Shown: positions 57,864-64,000 of the stretch, piece by piece
Layout of the letters: every line of letters begins with the position of its first letter
Numbering within the stretch: the first letter of the stretch is position 1
From: a virus
Virus record (IMG/VR): IMGVR_UViG_3300032562_000005
Strand: one strand, 5' to 3'
Length of the DNA: 64,000 nt
Notes under the pieces: generated by a model
Told to the model about the DNA's origin: nothing
Seen by the model: only the letters and a program-made list of their open reading frames with translations
The model's database searches: none
Program-made: the position numbers and the translations under genes

Positions 57864-59216
57864 ATGCCACGCTTATCACTATACCGCCCTAATAGAACCA
57901 ACGATTATCAATTCTTGGATCGTACAATTTCTGAACGCTACACCGTTGGCGGGCTGGACATTTTTGTCCACAAGTATATGGGCCCAATCGTAGATACTAC
58001 AGATAATCCAGGAAATGCTGACGCTACACTACCTGTTTATAATTCAGAAAATCCATTGTTTATCGAGGATTTGCTACTATTAGAAAATCGTGACCGTGCG
58101 TATGATCCTGATGTTTATATTATGCGTGGCGTTTATACTCACAACGACATCAACTTTGATTTAACTCAATTTGGATTGTTCCTAAACAACGATACATTGT
58201 ATATTACATTCCATTACAATGATATGATCGACACTTATGGCCGTAAATTAATGGCTGGCGATGTACTTGAAATGCCCAACATGAAAGATTACTATCCATT
58301 GAATAGTAACATTACAAGAGCATTGCCTAAATATTATGTTATTCAAGATGCCGCATTTGCCGCAGAAGGCTTTTCTCAAACTTGGTTACCGCACTTGTGG
58401 CGGGTTAAAGCTACACCAATGGTTAACGCACAAGAATATCAGCAAATTATTAATCAGCCATTCATGCCTGATAATATTTGGGACAATGGAAATTATTATC
58501 CTCGCGGTGATATTGTTAAATCAGGCGAATATTATTACGAAGCTAAAGCTAATGTTCCACCAGGAACCGATATTACAGATCCTAACTACTGGGCATTAAT
58601 TGAAAAGCCAACCACTATGGGTGATGTTAATTCTACCCGTAATAAAGATTTACAAATTAATGATGCGTTAGTTGTACAAGCCAATGTTGATGTACCACTT
58701 AGTGGTTACGACAATGTTTCATTTTATATTTTACCTACTACTCCAGAAGGCGAACCTAGTAGCGAAGGATTAAATGCTAGTCAAACAGGCCCAACAGTAG
58801 ACGGGGCACAACAAGGCGACGGTGAAAGTCCAAAGTCGTTTGGTTACACCATGGGCTACTTAACTGGCGACCAGATGGCGCCAAACGGATTGCCTGTTAC
58901 ACCAGGCGTTTCGTTTCCAGTAAACCCAACATCAGGAGATTATTGCTTGCGTTTAGATTATTTCCCAAATCGATTATTCCGTTACAACGGCGCTGGTTGG
59001 AAAGCTATATCCGACGATGTACGCACACCTTTAGATTGGGGTGCTAATAACTTAACACAGCGTAGTTCCTTTGTTAACAATACATATACTGTATCAACAT
59101 CAGATCAAGGTAATATACCAAGTCGTCAGTCATTATCTGAATTGCTTAAACCGCAAGCCGATAATGGTAACGAAGGCGGTAATTTGCCACCTAAACCAAG
59201 ACCACCAGGGAGATAA
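57864..59216 (+). CDS. neck/head-closure protein (gp14-like)
   Basis: IEDLLLLENRDR.YD, LTQFGLFL, GDVLEMP; TAAATA at 57852. Confidence 0.7.
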   Translation: MPRLSLYRPNRTNDYQFLDRTISERYTVGGLDIFVHKYMGPIVDTTDNPGNADATLPVYNSENPLFIEDLLLLENRDRAYDPDVYIMRGVYTHNDINFDLTQFGLFLNNDTLYITFHYNDMIDTYGRKLMAGDVLEMPNMKDYYPLNSNITRALPKYYVIQDAAFAAEGFSQTWLPHLWRVKATPMVNAQEYQQIINQPFMPDNIWDNGNYYPRGDIVKSGEYYYEAKANVPPGTDITDPNYWALIEKPTTMGDVNSTRNKDLQINDALVVQANVDVPLSGYDNVSFYILPTTPEGEPSSEGLNASQTGPTVDGAQQGDGESPKSFGYTMGYLTGDQMAPNGLPVTPGVSFPVNPTSGDYCLRLDYFPNRLFRYNGAGWKAISDDVRTPLDWGANNLTQRSSFVNNTYTVSTSDQGNIPSRQSLSELLKPQADNGNEGGNLPPKPRPPGR

Positions 59217-59218
59217 TT

Positions 59219-60619
59219 ATTCAATCATATTTTTTCGACGAACAAATACGCCGCTATTTGATTCAATTTGCCCGTATGTTTTCAGGCTTCCAAGTAGAGT
59301 TTGGTCGCAATGAGGCCGGAGCCGCTAACACAGGCGATACATTATATCGTGTTCCAGTTCGTTATGGCGATAGCTCTAGACAAGTACAAACTATTTTACA
59401 AGAAAATAGTGCTAGTAATATGCCAAGTACACCATTAATGACTTTTTATATTACTGGGTTAGACTTTGACCGTCCTCGTATGCAAAATCCAACTTATGTA
59501 GATAACAAATCTATTCGTCAGCGCGAGTATGATTCTGCTACAGGAACTTACGAAACTACACAGGGCAATGCGTTTCAAGTTGAGCGTTATATGCCAGCAC
59601 CATATAAGTTATCCATTAACTTAGATATTTGGACTAGTAACACTAATCAAAAAATGCAGTTATTAGAACAAATATTACCATTGTTTAATCCTAGTTTAGA
59701 AATACAAAGTTCAGATAGTTTTATGGATTGGACTAGTTTAAGTATTGTTGAATTAGTAAGTACTGGTTGGAGTAGCCGTAGTATTCCTATGGGCACCGAA
59801 GATCCTATTGATATTGCTACTGTTAAATTTGCCTTACCTGTATGGTTGTCATTGCCTGCTAAAGTTAAGAAACTTGGCGTTGTTGAAACTATTATTGCTA
59901 GTATCTATGACGGATCCGGCGACATGGTTAATGCTATTAGAAATAATGATTTGTTATTAGGTACTCGTCAATATATTACTCCTTACGGATATCAAGTGGT
60001 ATTGATCGGCAATAAATTACAAATTTTAGCTCGCTCTGCTGTAGTGGACGAGACTAATAATGAATTGCCCCCGCCAGATCCTGTGGAGCCTAGTAACTTA
60101 GAATGGACTCCTGTGATCAATATGTACGGAACACTCCGCCCAGGTATTAGTATGATAGCACTTACACAAGAAGACAGTAGTCAAGTTTATGGTACTGTGG
60201 CGTTTGATCCTACTAATGACCAATTCTTATTGTTTTCTGTATTAGAAGAATCTATTCCGCCTAATACATTGCCACCAGTTAATTCTGTTATTAATCCTAG
60301 AGCCAGTGGGCCCGGACAAGGATTGCCGGACGCTGCTGTAGGTCAGCGGTATTTGCTAACTGAAAGTACAGGTAGCGATAATGGTTACGCACAAGCATGG
60401 CTAGGTACCAGCGGACAAGTATTAGTAGCATACCCAAATGATATTATTCAATATGACGGTGGTCAGTGGGTAGTTTCTTTTGACAGTCAATCAAGTCCTA
60501 ATAATATTCAATATTGCACAAACATAGTTACAGAAATCCAGTACAAGTGGATTGGTCATGGATGGGTTAAATCATATCAGGGCCTCTACGCCGGAGGCGA
60601 GTGGTCGCTTATTATATAG
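59219..60619 (+). CDS. tail terminator / sheath stabiliser (gp15-like), probable ATT start
   Basis: FFDEQIRRY..QF, VPVRYG, MPAPY, QLLEQILPLFNP. Confidence 0.8.
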   Translation: MQSYFFDEQIRRYLIQFARMFSGFQVEFGRNEAGAANTGDTLYRVPVRYGDSSRQVQTILQENSASNMPSTPLMTFYITGLDFDRPRMQNPTYVDNKSIRQREYDSATGTYETTQGNAFQVERYMPAPYKLSINLDIWTSNTNQKMQLLEQILPLFNPSLEIQSSDSFMDWTSLSIVELVSTGWSSRSIPMGTEDPIDIATVKFALPVWLSLPAKVKKLGVVETIIASIYDGSGDMVNAIRNNDLLLGTRQYITPYGYQVVLIGNKLQILARSAVVDETNNELPPPDPVEPSNLEWTPVINMYGTLRPGISMIALTQEDSSQVYGTVAFDPTNDQFLLFSVLEESIPPNTLPPVNSVINPRASGPGQGLPDAAVGQRYLLTESTGSDNGYAQAWLGTSGQVLVAYPNDIIQYDGGQWVVSFDSQSSPNNIQYCTNIVTEIQYKWIGHGWVKSYQGLYAGGEWSLII

Positions 60620-61463
60620 TACGACAGTTATCACCGTGCCATCGTTTAAACATTCCAGCTGATACAGTTTTTTTACAAAAAATACAAGATATTTTATTAC
60701 ACGAAGGATGAGTGCCATCTTCTAATTGTTTACGGGTAACAGCACCGCCTAATAAATGATGTGTTCCTGCTTTTACTTTGTCTGATTGATAACTAGAGCC
60801 ATCTGGTCTTTTCATAAAAGGATGCGTACCGTTCGCTACCCGGTTAAGATTAAACTCAGGGCCTCCCCAATTATGTGTCCCTGCTTTAACTCTATCTGCC
60901 GATACACTAGATCCATCTGCCCTTGTCAACCAATTATGGGTACCATTCTTGACTTTATTTTGATTATGTGTTGGCCCTAACAAATGATGAGTTCCGTTAG
61001 CTAATCTTTCCTGATTGCTTTTTCGTTGTACTTCGCCTCCAAGAAAAGGATGTGTACCGTCTGCTACTCGTTTAAGATTAAAATCTCTTTGTATTTCACC
61101 TCCAAGAAAATGATGAGTGCCATTCTTAGATGCTATTTTCATTGGATTTTTATCTCCAAGAAAATGATGAGTTCCATTTTTTATTCTTTTTTGTGTAGCT
61201 AGGCTTGCCAACCTAGATGTTTCTTCGGGTGATATTTTCATACGCTTGGCCATTATTAAACAAGCAGGCCAATCTTCCTGATTATAATGAATATTATAAT
61301 GCTCTTGAATGGTAACTGCTATTAAGTTATCTGGGTTGTTGTTATTATGATTACCATCTATATGGTGGATTTCATATCTACGACCCAAGTAATCTTTAGG
61401 AATTGTTCCCGTATGGTTTTTGTAGATTTTACGATAGTTGTTTGTGCCGCAATAAGTACACAT
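60612..61463 (-). CDS. HNH homing endonuclease with nine GTH repeats
   Basis: YEIHHIDGNHNNNNPDNLIAVTIQEHYNIH; (N/D/A)GTH(H/P/N) repeats. Confidence 0.88.
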   Translation of the reverse strand: MCTYCGTNNYRKIYKNHTGTIPKDYLGRRYEIHHIDGNHNNNNPDNLIAVTIQEHYNIHYNQEDWPACLIMAKRMKISPEETSRLASLATQKRIKNGTHHFLGDKNPMKIASKNGTHHFLGGEIQRDFNLKRVADGTHPFLGGEVQRKSNQERLANGTHHLLGPTHNQNKVKNGTHNWLTRADGSSVSADRVKAGTHNWGGPEFNLNRVANGTHPFMKRPDGSSYQSDKVKAGTHHLLGGAVTRKQLEDGTHPSCNKISCIFCKKTVSAGMFKRWHGDNCRTI

Positions 61464-61530
61464 AGCTGATTGCTCCTTTAAGCGTTAGAGTAGTTGGGGA
61501 TTGCCGTCCCGCGAACTACACCTTTATTTA
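61464..61530 (-). promoter_or_regulatory. late promoter plus structured 5' leader of the HNH gene
   Basis: TAAATA then GTAGTT-CGC-GGGA-CGGCAA-TCCC-C-AACTAC stem-loop before AAGGAG. Confidence 0.55.
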
Positions 61531-61546
61531 TTCAGAAAATATTATC

Positions 61547-61984
61547 ATGTCAAACATTGTCGCCGCTGTGGGAATTTGGTTTTATTCCCAATCTACTAAT
61601 CGCTACTTATATTTGATGAGAAACGATCCTAAACACCCAGACTCTTGGGGTTTGCCAGGCGGCAAAATTGAACAGGGAGAAAGTATAATGGCTGCCATGG
61701 TTCGTGAGTGTGAGGAAGAGTTGGGCAGTATGCCTGAATATGTTAAGCTGATGCCATTAGAAAAATTTACATCAGCAGATGGCGGATTTGAATATAATAC
61801 TTTTTTTGCTGTAGTTGACAATGAATTTAACCCTCGACTAAACGACGAACATTCGGGTTATGCCTGGATCAATTCTGGGACTTGGCCTAAACCACTACAC
61901 CCGGGACTATGGAGCACTATAAATTTTTCTGCCGTACAACAAAAGATTTCAATTATACAGCAACAACTTTATACGTCACAATAA
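61547..61984 (+). CDS. Nudix hydrolase
   Basis: WGLPGGKIEQGE......RECEEELG Nudix box. Confidence 0.92.
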   Translation: MSNIVAAVGIWFYSQSTNRYLYLMRNDPKHPDSWGLPGGKIEQGESIMAAMVRECEEELGSMPEYVKLMPLEKFTSADGGFEYNTFFAVVDNEFNPRLNDEHSGYAWINSGTWPKPLHPGLWSTINFSAVQQKISIIQQQLYTSQ

Positions 61985-62631
61985 GTTACAAAGTCTCTAA
62001 AATCTAAAGTTTTTGTATTGGGGCAAGATAGCCAAGCATCTGGCATATTTAATTTGTTACCAACCATGACAAAAATTGTACTGTCATAAGCATTTATTAT
62101 ACTAGTAACTTGATCAATCCAATCATTATGTCCAGCATCAGTTTCTTTGTCGTAGCCAATCATATATATTTCCTTGTGGCCGTCAAACGCCGCAAGATAA
62201 ATTGGTAATACTACAGTACAAAAATGTGGATTTTGTGGAATTAAATAAAACTCACCCGGAGTCTTAATACAGTTGCGAGCTGTAGTATATACAATATTAT
62301 TTTCTGTATATTTGTTTTCAATTAATGGTTCAATATTATTGTAGTCTAAATCAACAGCAAAATCTAAACGCATTTCTTGAGCAATTTCTGCTGTACCATA
62401 AGTTTGTAATTTTTTAGAACCTAGTAATCCACCGCGATGATGCTCTAATACTGTATAGTCAAATTGTAATTTACTTTCATTAGTACCTATGGCAGCCGCA
62501 CGACCAGACAAGTGTTGGTTGATAACTGGATTAGCAATCCATTCACGCTTTTCTTTTTTCTTGCCACCAGTCCACTTAGATTCTGTAATTACAAATTCAC
62601 CTGGGTAGTCTTGTCTGTATCTAGCTTGCAT
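61969..62631 (-). CDS. hypothetical protein
   Basis: 220 aa; YLAAFDGHKEIYMIGYD motif. Confidence 0.65.
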   Translation of the reverse strand: MQARYRQDYPGEFVITESKWTGGKKKEKREWIANPVINQHLSGRAAAIGTNESKLQFDYTVLEHHRGGLLGSKKLQTYGTAEIAQEMRLDFAVDLDYNNIEPLIENKYTENNIVYTTARNCIKTPGEFYLIPQNPHFCTVVLPIYLAAFDGHKEIYMIGYDKETDAGHNDWIDQVTSIINAYDSTIFVMVGNKLNMPDAWLSCPNTKTLDFRDFVTYCDV

Positions 62632-62642
62632 AATTAAATTGT

Positions 62643-62816
62643 TTAACTACTTTGTGGTACAAAATTTGATCCGTTCCAAGTATCACCTATGTTAGGATAA
62701 TAATCGTTGGAATCAGGCACCGCTATTAATTGACAATCAGCTGGCGGTAAATCTGTTACCTCAGCTACGATTAAATTAACAACAGTATTAGATGAGTCTA
62801 CTACAGCTACAGTCAT
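62643..62816 (-). CDS. small tail-fibre-associated protein, 57 aa
   Basis: Hand-translated MTVAVVDSSNTVVNLIV...IGDTWNGSNF; AGGAG RBS. Confidence 0.65.
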   Translation of the reverse strand: MTVAVVDSSNTVVNLIVAEVTDLPPADCQLIAVPDSNDYYPNIGDTWNGSNFVPQSS

Positions 62817-62844
62817 TTTTAATCTCCTTAATTGATTATGTCTA

Positions 62845-63489
62845 TTATTGTGTAAAAGTTATGCGAATTGAGCTGACCGCACCGGCTAGGGTAGCTCCGT
62901 TACGTGCTGAGCCGCCACCGCCGCCTGGAGCAATGCCTGCTGTGGTACTACTTCCACCAGTGCCGCCTGGTAAATTTGTACCAGTGCCTGCCGTACCACC
63001 TGCGCCAGCCACGCCGTTTTGACCAGCTCCTGTGTCACCTGCTGAACCACCACCACCGTTGGCATTACTTGCGCCTGCTCCTGCTCCGCCGGCAAATGTA
63101 GTAGTACCTACGCAGTTGGCAGTGGTGCCACCTGCGCCGGCAGTACCTGATACACCGTTTCGTCCAAATGCGGCACTGCAACCTGTGGTAGTAAGTGTTG
63201 GTTGAGCATTACTGGTATTGACCCAACTGTTGGCAGTAGCACTACCAACTAGATAAAATAGTGTGGTAGTACCACCAGTAACGGTAATAGTACTACGGGC
63301 ATAGGCCCCACCACCACCTCCGGTACTCAGATTGCTGGTACCAATGGCAAATCCGTTACCACCCCCACCTATGGCTTCTACTATGGCATTGCCAGCATAA
63401 CTGGGTGAAAGGATACTTCCTGAGCCAGCGGCAGTAACAATAAAAGCAAAACTGTTTGGGGTGCCGGCAAAGGCCGATTGCATTGTCAT
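62845..63489 (-). CDS. glycine-rich tail fibre-associated protein
   Basis: IGGGGNG, GGGGGAY, APGGGGG motifs. Confidence 0.7.
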   Translation of the reverse strand: MTMQSAFAGTPNSFAFIVTAAGSGSILSPSYAGNAIVEAIGGGGNGFAIGTSNLSTGGGGGAYARSTITVTGGTTTLFYLVGSATANSWVNTSNAQPTLTTTGCSAAFGRNGVSGTAGAGGTTANCVGTTTFAGGAGAGASNANGGGGSAGDTGAGQNGVAGAGGTAGTGTNLPGGTGGSSTTAGIAPGGGGGSARNGATLAGAVSSIRITFTQ

Positions 63490-64000
63490 TAGAATAGTCC
63501 TGCGCCAGAAATAACGAATGTGTTAGCCGCTACACAAAGTATAGTGGCCATACCACGCTGTGCTAGCACACGGTTACCAGTAGTAGCTGTACCTGCCAAA
63601 TACATAGTAACACTAGTATTTGCGTACACAGTAACGTTGGCTGCCGAGTTATTGAATAATGTTATAGCATTACCAGCAGAAAATATAGTATTAGGAACAA
63701 AAACGTTAGATGTAGTACTAACAAATTTGCCGTTGTCGGTGATTGCTAAGGTATAGTTTGCCGCCTGAGTATTAATTGGAATATTTCTAACTGGACCAAT
63801 ACTGTCAAACACGTTACCAGTAGCAGTTATTGTACCGCCACTTATAGTATTAGGTGTTGTAACATTGCCAGTGGCACTGACAACGCCAGTGACATATTCG
63901 CCAGTTGGCGCAACAACGACCACATTACTTGTACCGGTTACACCAACAGTTACATTGGCATTGGCATTGACCGTGACATTGGAGTTTCCATTAGTAATAG
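63489..64000 (-). CDS. tail fibre protein, 5' end outside window
   Basis: ATGNV-type repeats; frame continues toward the window edge. Confidence 0.7.
   Translation of the reverse strand, partial: ITNGNSNVTVNANANVTVGVTGTSNVVVVAPTGEYVTGVVSATGNVTTPNTISGGTITATGNVFDSIGPVRNIPINTQAANYTLAITDNGKFVSTTSNVFVPNTIFSAGNAITLFNNSAANVTVYANTSVTMYLAGTATTGNRVLAQRGMATILCVAANTFVISGAGLF

Noticed and set aside
1-64000. Stop-codon reassignment
   Set aside because: Core genes are full length in the standard code, and TAA, TGA and TAG all end plausible genes.
1-64000. tRNA or rRNA genes
   Set aside because: Intergenic gaps are short and no cloverleaf was recognised by eye; a tRNA scan would be definitive.

Overview
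This is a 64 kb AT-rich segment of a large T4-like (contractile-tailed) dsDNA phage genome. It uses the standard code, and nearly all genes lie on the minus strand. Nucleotide metabolism genes are nrdA, nrdB, a glutaredoxin, a dNMP kinase and a Nudix hydrolase. An auxiliary Fe-S assembly pair (iscU-iscA) of proteobacterial type is present. Replication and recombination genes are gp41-like helicase, primase, a miniature DnaE-like protein, UvsW, UvsX, UvsY and gp32 SSB. Packaging and virion genes are the terminase, a gp4-like nuclease, tail tube, a 1224-aa sheath, gp13/14/15-like neck proteins, PAAR and fibre proteins. There are six free-standing homing endonucleases. Two promoter classes are visible: sigma70-type TTGAC-N17-TATAAT and late-type TAAATA. 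The most interesting observations are: (1) large proteins that look like polyproteins of small unrelated modules separated by hydrophobic-x-E sites, alongside proteins with T4 capsid-targeting-like N-termini, one of which is a nucleotidyltransferase/ligase-like fusion; (2) an RNA-level regulatory layer: a gene-32-type pseudoknot, an RBS-occluding hairpin, a candidate anti-Shine-Dalgarno 3' RNA plus an Sm-like protein, and a structured homing-endonuclease leader; (3) an unannotated microprotein copying the N-terminus of its neighbour with only synonymous changes; (4) probable ATT start codons. All functional calls come from motif recognition by eye; no searches were run.
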